Positions 16,488-40,014 of a stretch of DNA of 64,000 nt are shown here, piece by piece. The stretch lies in assembly GCF_009914755.1 (NCBI RefSeq), contig NC_060933.1; one strand, 5' to 3'. The stretch's first letter is position 1. Every line of letters begins with the position of its first letter. The DNA comes from the human T2T-CHM13v2.0 reference genome, Homo sapiens. The translations under genes and the position numbers were made by a program. The notes under the pieces are model-generated. The model searched no databases and had not been told where the DNA came from. It was given only the letters and a program-made list of their open reading frames with translations.

Positions 16488-16990
16488 GGATTTTCAATAT
16501 GAGGTCCACCACGGACACCTTCAGTCCCTGTTCCTCTGCTCCAGGAACACCCAAGTTCAGGCCCGCAGGCACTGCTGAGCTATCAGGTAGGATTCTGCTT
16601 CCCAGAAGACCAGAGGAGACACCAGGCCCTGGTGGGAGGCCCTCAGGGGCCCAGCACAGGCCCCAGATCACCCCACACAGGGGAGGCTGGGCCCTGAGCC
16701 ACCTGCACCAGAAAGGGGCTGATGAGCCAGGGCTCAGGGCCTGGTCTCGGACAGAGACCTCCCCAGTCTCATGACTGGTACTGGTGCTGAGTCCACTGGT
16801 TTGATTTTGCCTTGATGCCTCCTGTGCTCCCCCACAGATGGACTGAGAGCTTGGGATGGAAATCCCAGTACACTATCTACCCCTACCAACCCCTGGCTGC
16901 CCTGCCTCTCCCTGGAAGGATGATGTTCTGGTCTCTTCTGAGACTTCCCATCATAGAAGGCTCTCCACTGGATTTGGAAAAGTGGAACTA

Positions 16991-17475
<485 letters not shown>

Positions 17476-17870
17476 GCTGGGGATCCCTCCACCATCCCAC
17501 CTTCTAGATCCCTCCTTCCCACTAAGTTTTGTCAGTGATAGCCAATTTTCTATTCTTTCTCCCTGGAATATAGATATTACCTGGTTCCTTTTATCTGTTG
17601 GAGACGGTGGCTTGAGGTTACCTATTTTATAGCCCTTGAAAATCTGAAGTTCTGAAATTTTGGCTATGTACCAGGGATTTTTATTCTCAGAATCTCGTTC
17701 ATCCTCAACTCCAGCTTTTCCACACTATGTTTTTGTCTTGTATCAATCCAGGGACAAAATGTAAATTTCTTTTACTCTTATTTAGTTTTGCAAATTTTGA
17801 ATAGTAAGTTTTAAAAAATTATTTCTATCTCACTTTCAATCAAAGGGAACTACCCACATACAATTAAGAT

Positions 17871-19174
17871 TTTTTTTTTTGTCTTTTAAAATTTTATTTG
17901 TGTACTTATGTATTTATTTTATTTTAACTTTCGGGATACATGTGCAGGACATGCAGTTTTCTTACATAGGCAAATATGTACCATGGTGATTTGCTGCACC
18001 TATCAACCCATCACTTAGGTATTAAACCCAGCATGCATTAGCTATTTTTCCTGATGCTCTCCCTACCACCGGCCCTCCCTCGACAGGTGCCAGGGTGTGT
18101 TGTTTCCCTCCCAGTGTCCATATGTTCTCATTGTTCGGCTCCCACTTGTAAGTGAGAACATGTGGTATTTGGTTTTCTGTTCCTGTGTTAGTTTGCTGAG
18201 GATAATGGCTTCCAGCTTCATCCATGTCCCCGCAAAGGACTTGATCTCATTCCTTTTTATGGCTGCATAGTATTCCATGGTGTATATGTACCACATTTTA
18301 TTTATCCAGTCTATCATTGGTGGGCATTGGGTTGATTCCATGTCTTTGCTATTGGGAACAGTGCTGCAATAAACATACACGTGCATGTATCTTTGTAATA
18401 GAATGATTTATATTCCTTTGGATATGCAATAATGGTATATCTGCCACAGCCTCTGTACTGCACTGTGGGGAATTCTGCCCAGCGCAAACCACCCAGTCTC
18501 CCTAGCACTGGTGGGGGAAAACCACCGGCTAGACCCGCAGTAATGGCGGTCACCCTTCCCCCCAGGAACTTGGTCTTCTTAGGCAGACTCCAGGTGCTGT
18601 GCTAGCCAGTGGGGATTCCATGCCAGTGGGTCTTAGCTTGTGGGGTTCTGTGGGAGTGGGTCTGCTTGGCTCCCTGGCTTCAGCCCTCTTCTCATGGGAG
18701 TTGATGGATCTCCTGCTTCACTGGATTTCTGCGAGCCACCAGAGTACGCAGAAACTCCTACAGCTCAGTACCTGCCCAAGTGGCTGCCAGCTGGAGCCCC
18801 TGCTATGGGTCTGCACAGCTTTGTGCTTGGGACCCAAGGCCCTGGTGGTGTGGACTCACAAAGGGATTACCTGTTCTGGGGTTTGCAAAAATCTGTGGGT
18901 AAAGCACAGTTCTCCGGGTGGGTAGCACAATCCCTCACTGCCTCCCTTGGCTGGAGGAGGGAGGTCTCTTTGCCCTGTGTAGCTCTTGGGTGAACTGTCG
19001 CCCAACTCTGCTTTTCCTTGCTCTCCATGGGTCACACCAACTGCCTAGTCAGTCCCAATGAGGGAATCTGGATACCTCAGTTAGAAATGCAGAATTCACT
19101 CGCTGTTTATGTTTGTCTCAGTGGGGGCTGTAGAGTAGAGCTGTTTCTACTCAACCATCTTGGCCCCTCCCCCC
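17871..19174 (-). mobile_element. Internally deleted older L1PA (3' end 17871-~18435 fused to 5'UTR ~18440-19174)
   Basis: The reverse strand begins ggggggaggggccaagatgg (L1 5' start) and ends with the ORF2 C-terminus (TWMKLEAIILSKLTQEQKTKYHMFSL), 3'UTR and poly-A. Candidate TSD caattaagat / caattaaaat. Confidence 0.8.
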
Positions 19175-19314
19175 AATTAAAATAATTAATATTCAAAATT
19201 TGTAATTCTAATTATGAAACAGTTATAAGTAGTTAAACCTTCAAGTGGTATTTCTGTAAATGTGTAGCATTTACAGTTCTGGACTTGGTAATGCTTAAAG
19301 TGCACGATAACTTA

Positions 19315-21935
<2,621 letters not shown>

Positions 21936-22474
21936 TATATGTATGCATGCACACACCAGTACGCATCCACCTATCCACACACAAATCTTTGTACAAACAA
22001 ATCCTGTATTTTCAATTCCAACAATACATCATTTGCAACTTAAAAATATCTGTCAACCTTGTAGTATCTTTTCTGTCTTTGTTATCAGGGTAATGCTGGC
22101 CTCATAAAAAATGTTTGTATTCCCTCCTCTTCAACTTTTGGAAGAGTTTGTGAAGAAATGGTACTAATTCTTCTTTAAACATTTGCTAGACTTCTCCACT
22201 AAGCTATCTGGTCTTGGATTTTCCTTTTTCAGGAGCTTTTTGACCACTGACTCAATATTTTTACTCATTATTTGTGTTGATTTTCTATTTCTTCATGTTT
22301 CAATCTTAGGGGATGTATGTTTCTAGAAATTTCTCTATTTCTTCTAAGTTAAACAATTTGTTGACACATAGTTGTTTAGACTGTTATTATCCTTTGTATT
22401 TCTATGGTACCAATTTTAATATCTGCTTTTTTGTTCTAATTTTATTTATTTGAGGCTTCTCTCTTTTTTCTTAG

Positions 22475-22805
<331 letters not shown>

Positions 22806-24049
22806 ATTATGTTTTCAAAAAATCAGCTTTTTGTTTCATTGATCTTTTCTATTGTTTTTCTAGTGTATTTCATTTACTTCTGCTATCATCTTTGTTATTT
22901 CCTTCCTTCTTCTAATTTTGGGCTTCATTTTTTTTCTTTTCTATTTCTTTGAGGTTTATTGTTTATTTGAGATCTTTTTTCTTCATTTAGCACTTAACCT
23001 GTATAAACTTCCCTGTTAGAATTGCTTTTGCTTCATCTCATAAGTTTTAGTATGTTGTGCTTTCATTTTAGTTTGTCTCAAGATATTTTATTTCTTTTTT
23101 GATGTTTTCTTTGATCTATTGGTTGCTCAGGAGTGTGTTGGTTGATTTCCACATATTTGTCACTTTTCTAAGTTTTCTCCTGTTTTTAATTTTCAGTTTC
23201 ATGCCACTGTGGTCAAAAAGAATACTTGATAAGATTTCAATCTTCTTAAATTTGCTAAGACTTGTTTTCTGGCCCAATATATGACCTGTGTAGGAGAATG
23301 TACTGTGTATGCTCAAGAAGAATGTGTATTTTGCTGTTTTGGAAAGTAATGTCCCGTATATGTCTGGTCCATTTGATCTATAGTGTAGTTCAAGTCATCT
23401 GTTTCCTTATTGATTATCTGTCTGAGTGATCAATCCATTGTTGAAAGTGGGATATGGAAGTCCCCAACTGTTATTGTATTATTGTTGTCACTTCTCTCTT
23501 CAGATTTGTTAATATTTGCTTTATACAATTAGGTGTTCCAATGTTGGGAGAATATATATTTGTAGTAATTATATCCTCTTGATGAATTGACCCTTGTATC
23601 ATTCTATAATGACTTTCTTTCCCTCTTGTTACAGTTTTTGACTTAAAGTCTATTTTGTTTGTTGTAAGAATAGCTACTCTTTCTTTTTTTTGTTCCCTGT
23701 CTTTCCTTTCAGTCTATGTGTGTCTCTAAAGGTGAAGTGAATCTCTTATAGGCGGCATATATTTGGTTATTGTTTTACTGTCCATTCAGCCACTCTGTGT
23801 CTTTTCTAATTTGGTCCACTGATATTTAAAGTAACTATTGATAGGCATTTTGCAGTTTCTTTGTTCTTTTATTTCTCTCTTGCTGTGCATGATTTGATTA
23901 TTTTGATTATTTTCTGTAGTGGTATACTTTGATTCTTTTCTGTGTCTTTGTATTAATTCTTTTTTAAACGTGGTAAAATTTTCATTTGTGTAACTATTAC
24001 ATGTTTTGTCTTTGTGATTATCCTGAGGCTTCCATAAAACTTCATATGC

Positions 24050-24390
24050 TCTCATGTGCCACATAAGGATGTTTTGGTCAATGATGGGCCACATATACAA
24101 CGGTGGCCCTGTAAGGTTATAACATTTTTATTGTATCTTTTATATGTTTAGATACATTTGGATACACAAATGCTTATCATTGTATTATAATTGCCTATAG
24201 CATTCAGTATAGTACAATGCTGTACAGATTTGTAGCCTGGAAGCAATAGGTTATACCATATAGCCTGGGTGTGTAGTAGGTGGTATTATCTAATTTCGTG
24301 TAAGTATACTCTATGATATTCACACCATGACAAAATTGCATAATGAGGCATTATTCAGAACATATCCACATTAAGAAATGTATGATTATA
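24050..24390 (+). mobile_element. Tigger3a-like MITE
   Basis: Begins tcatgtgccacataaggatgttttggtcaatgatggg and ends catatccacattaagaaatgtatgatt. Confidence 0.75.
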
Positions 24391-24782
24391 GTTATAATGG
24401 TCTATTTTAAGTTGATAACAACTTAACTTCAAGCATATACAAAACCCTACACTTTACTCCCCTCCACTTTTTATGTTTTTTTGATGTCAGCTTTTATTTC
24501 TTTGTTTATTTTGTAGTTATATTTATTTGTAATATTTTTTTGTCTTTTAACCTTTTAAAAGTTAAAGTGATTATACTCCATCATTACAGTATTAGGAATA
24601 TTTTGAATTTGACTGTATAGTTACTTTTACTGGTGACTTTTTATAACTACATATGTTTTCGTGATGCTAATTAGTCTTATTGCATTTCAGTTTGAAGAAC
24701 TCCCTTTAGAATTTCTTATAAAGCAGGTCTAGTGACAATGGACTCCCTTAGATTATTTTGGGGGGTTTCTGAAAAAGTCTGT

Positions 24783-29740
<4,958 letters not shown>

Positions 29741-29944
29741 ATATCTTTTACATGTTGCCTTGACTCCATTTCTTATTTTGTCAAAATAGATAGTCCTCAC
29801 TGTTTGCATAAGTTTAGAAACTTGTGCTACATCCAGAAGTCAGGAGTGCGGTAGGGTGAACTAAGTTACTGATTCTTTAGGAACCTTAGGGTGTGAGGTG
29901 GGACTGGAGTTCAAGGTCTAGGAGCTCAGTCTGGTCTTGAGCAG

Positions 29945-30257
29945 CTTCTTTTTTATTTTGTTTTGTTTTGCTTTGAGACTGGGTCTCACATTCTTTCCCA
30001 GGCTGGAGTGCAGTGGCAAAATCTGGGCTCTCTGTAACCTCCGTCTCCCGGGCTCAAGCAATCCTCTCACCTCAGCCTCCCATGTAACGGGAACCACAGG
30101 CATGTGCCACTATGGCTAGCGAATTTTTTTGTATTTTTGGTAGAGATGGGGTTTCCCTTGCTGCCCAGGCTGGTCCTGAACTCCTGAGCTCAGGTGATCC
30201 ACCCACCTTGGCCTCCCATAGTGCTGGGATTACAGGTATGAGCCACCATGCCTGGCC
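29945..30257 (-). mobile_element. AluJ
   Basis: Diverged reverse Alu with 'ctcaagcaatcctctcacc'. Confidence 0.9.
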
Positions 30258-32748
30258 ATGAGCAGCCTCTTCTGATATCCCTAGTGTGTTCTGTACACAT
30301 TTTCTTTGTCTGAATGCGCCTTTCCTTTCTCTCTATTGGTCTACAGATTTTTTCCTTCTTTAGGATATTATTAACTTGAATTCAAATTTTTATCAAAAAT
30401 TGGACCTAGCTCTTTTTATTCATATTTTCCTGCTATATTTTTTACACTAATTTATTTTCGATAGGTTTTATTGAGTGTTTTTTTGACACTTAAAAATTTT
30501 ACCTCACAATCTTAACCTTTGATTTATGTAATTATTGTTCCATTATGAGTTATTTCTGTCATCTCATTTTATGATTTTTCATACTTTCTTTACTGTTTAT
30601 TTTTTCCTATTGTACCTTTCACTCTATAGATCAAATCTTTTTCTATTTGTTTGAAATCTGGAAATTTTTAACATTGTAATGGTGGTTATATCATTATTTA
30701 TGTTAATTTTCTCAATTTCTGATATGTGTCAAAATTAATATCATCTCAGCAAACAAGATAAGTGCTCTAGCCTCCTCTTGCCACCTCTGGTTTGCTTTCT
30801 CTGTTACGACAGCACTTTGTCTAAGGGGGTGCTTTCTGAAGTTTACTTGGGGTTGTTTTCAATATGTTATGTTTTCATTTATTTTTTAGAGTATGATAAA
30901 CACCACTACCATTGATTCTGGAACCCTCAATTCTAACACCACGGTGTATTTCTCTTCTTAGTGGAGTATGACCTCTAAGCATTTTCAAAGGGATTTATTT
31001 GAAATAAAACTTTTGAGGCCTTACTTTTTAATGTCTTTTTCTGGGCTTTCATATTTAAAAGATTGTGGCTGCAAATAATTCAAGGATTAAAATTGGTTTC
31101 CTTTTAATCCTTGAAAAATATTACTTCATTTTATTCTTGTCTCCAGCATTGCTGTTGGAAAGGCTGACACCAATCAAAACCAATTTTTCCCTAAAGGATG
31201 ATCTGTCTTCTCATCATTTTGACAGGATGTAACAAAACAAAGGAGTCTTCAATGTTCTGAGTATAAATCATTTTGCAATTATAAACTTAACTTAATATTA
31301 ATGCAATACAAAAAGAATTAAAACCTTCTTGAGACATGCAAGTGCACAGGAAAATTAAGTATCATGCACTCATTCAGGAAGAAAAGGTGCAAAAGAAATT
31401 TAATGAAAGAGATGGTCGTTAGATGCAAGTGTGGCTGAATGTAGGGATGCGATGCTGACACGTGGCAGCAGGCCTGGCAAGCTGTCTATCCCAATTCAAC
31501 TACTTCAGAAAGAGAAGAATATTAACTAGGCTATCTTGGTGATGTGCTGAAAAAAGTGCTGTGTTTCCTTTTTAATCATTCAAAACAAAGGTAGTAAAAT
31601 TCCCGGGAAATAAGAAATAATGCATCATAAATGTATAAAAGTTGAGGAAAATACTATATTTTTATGAATTTAAAATGCCATCTCATTTAGATTGTTATGT
31701 CTTTTCAGAAGTGCTTTAAAATTGATGGCACATAGTAAAAAATGGCATAAATTCCAACAATTAATGGAAAAACATTAATCCATCTTCTTGAGTCTTGGAA
31801 CCAGGATTCTTTTGGGAGGCTTCGGTGTATCTGTGTATCATTTCATTGCCTTCACACAAATCAAATCACGCCACCTGCGACTGTGGTTTGAAAAAAAAAG
31901 AAAACATAATAATGATGCTGTCAATTCACTTGAGATTCCATGATCAAAATTAACCTACGAACAAAGCACAGACTTTATTATAATTACAAAATAGGATGTA
32001 ATTTACATAAAATGTGAAAATATAAGCATAGAACGAAATTTGATACAAGTCGAAAGCTATGACAGGGACTGTTGGAGGGGAGGGAAGTTGTACACTAATC
32101 TCCACATCCTACTGAGCCAATCAGTGGTGTTCAAATTGGATGGACCATATATTATCTAAACAGTATATTATTTAAGCAAAGAATTAAGCACTGTAAGTAT
32201 ATTATTTAGAGAAAGCAAATTTTTAAAAAATCCCATAAAATTATATATTAAAGACTAAATTGGAAATATAGTTTTAGAAGAAGAAAGTAGGGTAAATGAG
32301 CTATATTCTCTACCGTTCATAAAAAGTCAAGGGATATTACTTAAAATTGTTAAAACAAAATTAGGTGATTGTATAATATTATTTACAGTTCAAGAGAATA
32401 GCATATAGTAAAAAAAGAAAATGATAAACCTTGCCTAACTCTGAAAAACAGGACCAAGGTCTATGGAAGGAAAAAAAAAAGTTTCTGGTTTTCACTGGTT
32501 TTTTGCCCATCAAACTGTTTGAATGATTTTCAATGCACATGTGTTGGTTTAATTTTAAAATGTTCTTACTTACAGATCCCCTTGAATTACGTGTAAAATT
32601 AGGTTTCCTTTAGTCAATGGTGTATGAAAAGTAATCAACTCATCTAATTGAAGTTAGACATTAATAAATAATAAATTGGGGAGAACATAAATATACTCAT
32701 TAAAAACAACCAGAACATAGCACTTGGCTCTATGTTCTGCTTATCTAG

Positions 32749-33110
<362 letters not shown>

Positions 33111-33279
33111 AGTTTCACATTTTCTGAAAAATGTTAGAAATAAAAATGTAAGTGTTTCACTTAGATAAAGCTCTCATAATCACTGGTAGACTAAAGTCAA
33201 TTTAGATTACCATTTATATTTTCAAATTTATAATATGACCAATATTGCCATCAAAATGTTCAGGCACAGAATGGTTTAA

Positions 33280-33676
<397 letters not shown>

Positions 33677-33829
33677 CATGGTTGGAGCATCTTACCAAGG
33701 AACTATACTTGTAGTTTTTGAGTGGAAACAAGGGAGAAATTTTATTCATGCCTTGACCTAATTAATAATGCGTAACTAGATTCTGATGGCCGTTATCAAT
33801 AGAACTGTCATCAGATTCAAAGAGCACTG

Positions 33830-34150
<321 letters not shown>

Positions 34151-35684
34151 TTCAAAGAGCACTGTTTGTCTCCTCTAATATGGAGAAATGCCACAAATAA
34201 GTGGGAAATAATTTAATGACTGTAGTTCATTTTTAATCATATAGCTGAGTGATATTTTAAGTCTGACAAGAATAGATATTTGAACAAAAATAGCCAATTC
34301 TCTGTTACATAATTTAATACATTTGTGTTAAGAGGTTTAGACAATAAAGTTAATTTTGAAATGCATTATAAATAACTGAGTAATTAGCAATCATTAAGTT
34401 TATTTTTAAATAAGTATTTAGATAACTAATTAGCAATCATTAAGTTCATTTTTAAATAACTGTTTAGTCCACAAAAAATAAAAAATATATTTTAGAAAGG
34501 GAGGGCATTCCAAAATCTGTCTCAGGAGCATTCAATCTCAAATATATTTTAATGAAGCAGAAATGTAAATACATGTTTAGATAATTTAGGTTAAAAAAGG
34601 TAAATTTTGGTTGCCTGCTTAACTTTTATGAAACAGATATTTTTCATTCAAGTCCAGCATATATTTTGCTATGACTTTCACATCCTTTCCTCAGAGACTA
34701 TTTACCTAAACATTAGGGTACCAAAGGAACTAGGAAACAAAAACTTGTTAGAGAGAAAAATTTTAAGTGAGGCGCACATTCTGGTGATATTAATTTGTTT
34801 TTGACATTTTATTAATATTTTGAGAACACTAAGAAAATAAAATCCAAAGGGGCAAGCAGGTATCATTGTCTCAGTCTGGGCCCTCTTTTGTCATCCTCTG
34901 TAAGATGGCAGTCATCAAAGAGCGTGACCCAAGAAGAAAGTAAAACAGTGGAACAAATGAGCATTTCTCTAAATACAAACAGTAGAGTCCCTGAGAAAGA
35001 ATCCTTTAAGGCCTTAGATTTCTTTAAACATTTTTAGATAAATAGTCTGGCCTATGCAGAACAAAATGAAATGGTGATAATGAACAGGATAGTGAAGTTT
35101 TGTACTAACTGACATAAACGACGAGTTGATTAATGCTTAGGATAGTGTGAAAGAAGAATTGAAAGCAAAATGCAAATCAAAAGAAGAAATACCCAGACAG
35201 ACTCTTTCCTAAAACATGCATCATAAAATATTTAAAAGCATCTGCTTTAATGCATGGGCTGAGTCAAAGTAAGGCAAATTTTCAGATATCTACAAGAGCA
35301 AAAAAAGTTTGAATCCAGAGGTGTGAGTGTCTCATCTGGCATTTGCCCTGGGGTGTCTCCCAGGAACTATTGGCCCAGAACCATGAGCACCTAATTCAGG
35401 AGACAGAGACTGATGCCCATGCAGGGAGGAATATAGGCTAAAATGCCTCCTGCATAAATCTAGGATTTCTAAAGAGAAGCATGTTAAGTGGGGCTAGGAA
35501 AATCCCACTCCCATAAGAAGAAAGTGAAAATCTATGCTTGTCTTGGTTTCAATAGGGTAGACAAGAAAAAAGAAAAAAAAAATGGTAATTTCTAAGTATA
35601 AGTCAATAGACATATTGGTTTGGATTTGAATTCACACTATCTATGGGCCTGAGAAATACCAGGATGGAAATTAGCCTCTGGCAG

Positions 35685-36111
35685 TGAGAGGTTAGGCCAG
35701 CTGCACTTCCTGGGTCGAGTGCGGACTTGGGGAACTTTCCTGTCCTACAAGGAATTTGTAAAATGCACCAATCAGCCTCTGTAAAACACACCAATCAGCA
35801 GGATTCTAAAAGTAGTCAATAGTGGAGAGGATTGAAAAAAGGGCACTCTGATAAGACAGAAACGCAACATGGGTGGGAAGAAATAAGGGGATAAAAGCTG
35901 GCCACCCGCAACCAGCAGCAGCAACCAGGTGGGGTCACCTTCCAGGGTGTGGAAGTTTTGTTCTTTCGCTCTCAGCAATAAACCTTCCTAGGCTCACTTT
36001 TTGGTTCCGTGCCATCTTTAAGAACTGTAACACTCACCAGGAAGGTCCACAGCTGCATTCTTGAAGTCAGGGAGACCACGAACCCACCGGAAGGAACCAA
36101 CTCTGGACACA
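35685..36111 (+). mobile_element. LTR12-family (ERV9) solo LTR, LTR12F-like
   Basis: tgagagg start, repeated ccaatcagc boxes, aataaa, ends aactctggacaca. Confidence 0.85.
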
Positions 36112-36374
36112 GTCCTGCAAACTAGTTAATCTGAGTACAATCATAAAGAGAAATATATTTTGCACTAATACTGGGAAACAGATTTTGTAACACAGCTTTC
36201 ATTGTTGTTAAGTGAAGATAGTATATTTTACAATAAGCAACACTGGGACCACTGATCTCCATAAGGGAAAAAAATGAAATTGAAATTTAATCCTGGAGAA
36301 CAAACATAAAAATATATTTTAACGGATAAAGATAGCTTCTCAACATTTTTAGAAAAAAACCTGGGAATAATTAT

Positions 36375-36670
36375 TTTTTTCTTTTTTGAGATGGAGTCAC
36401 TCTGTTGCCCAGGCTGGAGTGCAGTGGCGCGGTCTCGGCTCACTGCAAGCCACCTCCTCTCCCATGTTCATGCCATTCTCCTGCTTGAGCCTCCGGAGTA
36501 GCTGGGACTACAGGCGCCCGCCACCCCGCCTAGACTAATTTTTTGTATTTTTAGTAGAGACAGGGTTTCACCGTGGTAGCGAGGATGGTCTTGATCTCCT
36601 GACCTTGTGATCTGCCCACCTCGGCCTCCCAAAGTGCTGAGATTACAGGCGTGAGCCACCGCGCCCGGCC
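36375..36670 (-). mobile_element. AluY
   Basis: Reverse Alu. Confidence 0.92.
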
Positions 36671-37384
36671 ATATCTTTTATCTTTACATGGGGAAGAAGA
36701 ACAAACTGAAAGAGGAAAAATTGATTTGATAACACAAAAATTTAATACTTCTGTTTATTAAAGGATACTGCAATGTGAAAAAAAATACCCAAAACTTGGC
36801 AGAGCTATTTGCAACACATCTTACCTAGAAAGGTCTGGTATCCAGAATATGCCTCCTATAAATAAGTGAAAAATAACATGTCTGTTGAGAAGTTAGCACA
36901 AATACCCCATAAGCATGTAAAAAGTGCTCAACCTCATAATAATCATGAAAATGAAAATTAACAATTAGATATCCTTTCACACATATTGACAATTTTTTTT
37001 TTGAAGTTCTGAAACGTGTGGTATTGGCACGGATAAAGAACCATGGAAGTATTCATCCCACACACTAAAGTAGGACAGCCATTTGGAAAACAGAAAGATG
37101 CTGGCTCATACAGCTGATCATAATGTACCTTATGATCCAGTGACTTCACTACAACCTAGTGCAACCTAGTCAGCCTGTTACAGGCCCCAGAAAAATTCTT
37201 GCGTTTGTTTACCTAGAGATATATGAGAATGTTCCCAATTTTAAAAACCTGGAAACAATCTAGTTATCTCTCAATATGGGTAGATAGTGGACTGGGTAAC
37301 TAAATGATCATATATTCCGATAATAGAGTACCTCGCAGCACTAAGAGTGAATGAACTGCAGCTATTCACATTCTCAAATACAGC

Positions 37385-38555
37385 ACTGCAATGAGATACT
37401 ACTGCATGCGTATTAGAATGGCAAAAATCCAGAACCCTGACAACACCAAATGCTGATGAGGATGTGAAGCAACAGGAGCTCTCATTCAGTGCTGATAGAA
37501 ATACAAAATGGAGAACAGTTTTGTGGCTTCTTAGAAAACTAAATCTACTCTTATTATACGACCCAGCAATCTTGTTTCTTGGTATATATCCAAAGGAGTT
37601 GAAAACTTATGTCCACACAGAAACCTGCACACAGATGTTTATGGAAGCTTTATTTATAATTGCAAAAACTTGGAGACAAGCAAGATTTCCTTCAGTAGGT
37701 GAATTAACAAACTGTGGTACATCCAGACAATTGAATATCATTCAATGATAAAATAAATGAGCTGTTGGCCGGGTGAGATGGCTCACGCTTGTAATCCCAG
37801 CACTTTGGGAGGCCGAGGCAGGCAGATCACGAGGTCAGCACATAGAGACCATCCTGGCTACCACGGTGAAACCCCGTCGCTACTAAAAATACAAAAACTT
37901 AGCCAGGTGCAGTGGCAGGTGCCTGTAGTCCCAGCTACACGGGAGGCTGAGGCAGGAGAATGGCGTGAACCCGGGAGGTGGAGCTTGGCTTGCAGTGAGT
38001 GGAGATCACGCCACTGCCCTCCAGCCTGGGCGACAGAGCAAGACTCCCTCTAAAAAAAAAATAAAAAAATAAAATAAATAAAATAAAAAATAAAAAGAGC
38101 TGTCAAGCCACGAAAAGACACAGAGGACGCTTATATGCATATTACAAAGTGAAAGAAGCCAATCTAAAACGGCTACATACTGTCACTTCCAACTATATGA
38201 CCTTTCTGGAAAAGGTAAAACTATAGAGATAGAAAAAAAAAATCAGTGGTTTCCAGGAGTTAGGAGGAAGAGAGGAATGAATAACTAGAGCACAGAGGAT
38301 GCGTAGGGCCCTGAAAGTACATGTATGATATTTTAATAGTGAATACTTGTCATTGTAAATTTGTCCAAGCCTGAGTGTGAACCTTAATGCAAACTATAAG
38401 ATGTATCATGTATCATTAATTGTAACAAATGCAGCACTCTGGTGGGGGGCGTTTATCATGAGAGAAGCTATGCATGTGTGGGGGGCAGGGAGTATATGGG
38501 AAATCTATACCTTCTGCTCAGTTTTGCTGTGAACTTTAAACTGCTCTAAAAAATA
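37385..38555 (+). mobile_element. L1MC/MD 3' end with a nested AluY (37767-38095)
   Basis: ORF2 C-terminal peptide YDPAILFLGIYPKELKTYVHTETCTQMFMEALFIIAKTW, followed by 3'UTR. Confidence 0.85.
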
Positions 38556-38564
38556 ATGTGTGTG

Positions 38565-38596
<32 letters not shown>

Positions 38597-38649
38597 CATA
38601 CACATGTTTGTGTGTATGCATATCTAATCACAAGAAACAATACATAGTT

Positions 38650-38996
<347 letters not shown>

Positions 38997-39697
38997 CTAA
39001 ACAATATGCAAGTCTACAATGACAAGCAATGGAATGATTAACAGGAAGTTAGGGATAGTGGTTACCTCTTGTGGAAAGAGTGAGTGGCATTGAAGAAGGG
39101 CAATGGGAGTTTCTAAGATACTGGAAATATTCTATTTCATAACCTGAAGGAAGGGCGCATATGCTCATTTTATATTCTTCTTAAGCTGTACACACACACT
39201 TTTATATTTATGATCTATTTCATTAAGTAACAAGACATATATATGCATTTGTAAATAAGTGAGATTAACACATTTTTGGATACATATAACATATCAAAGT
39301 TGACTCAAATAATTAGAAAATCTAGATGGAAATCATACCATTAAAGTAATTGAGTTAATAATTAATAATTCTACAAAGAAAACATGATGCCTAGATGATG
39401 TCACCAGTAGTTCCAATGTTACACTAATAATCTGCGAGGGGAAAAAAAAGAGACCATTCTTTAATTCATATGATACTAGGATAACCTTGCTATGGTGTAC
39501 CTCATCCATGCACACAGACAAATAGTGTAAACAAAATACTAGGAAGTATACCTAGCAAAGTATAAAAACCATGAACAAGCTCGGTTAGTAATGCAAATTT
39601 AGTTCAGTGTTAGAAAATCTACTGAAATTATCTCCTTATCAACAAATTAAAGACAAAAATTATATGATTGTCTCAAAAGGCCTATAAAATTATTTTA

Positions 39698-40014
<317 letters not shown>

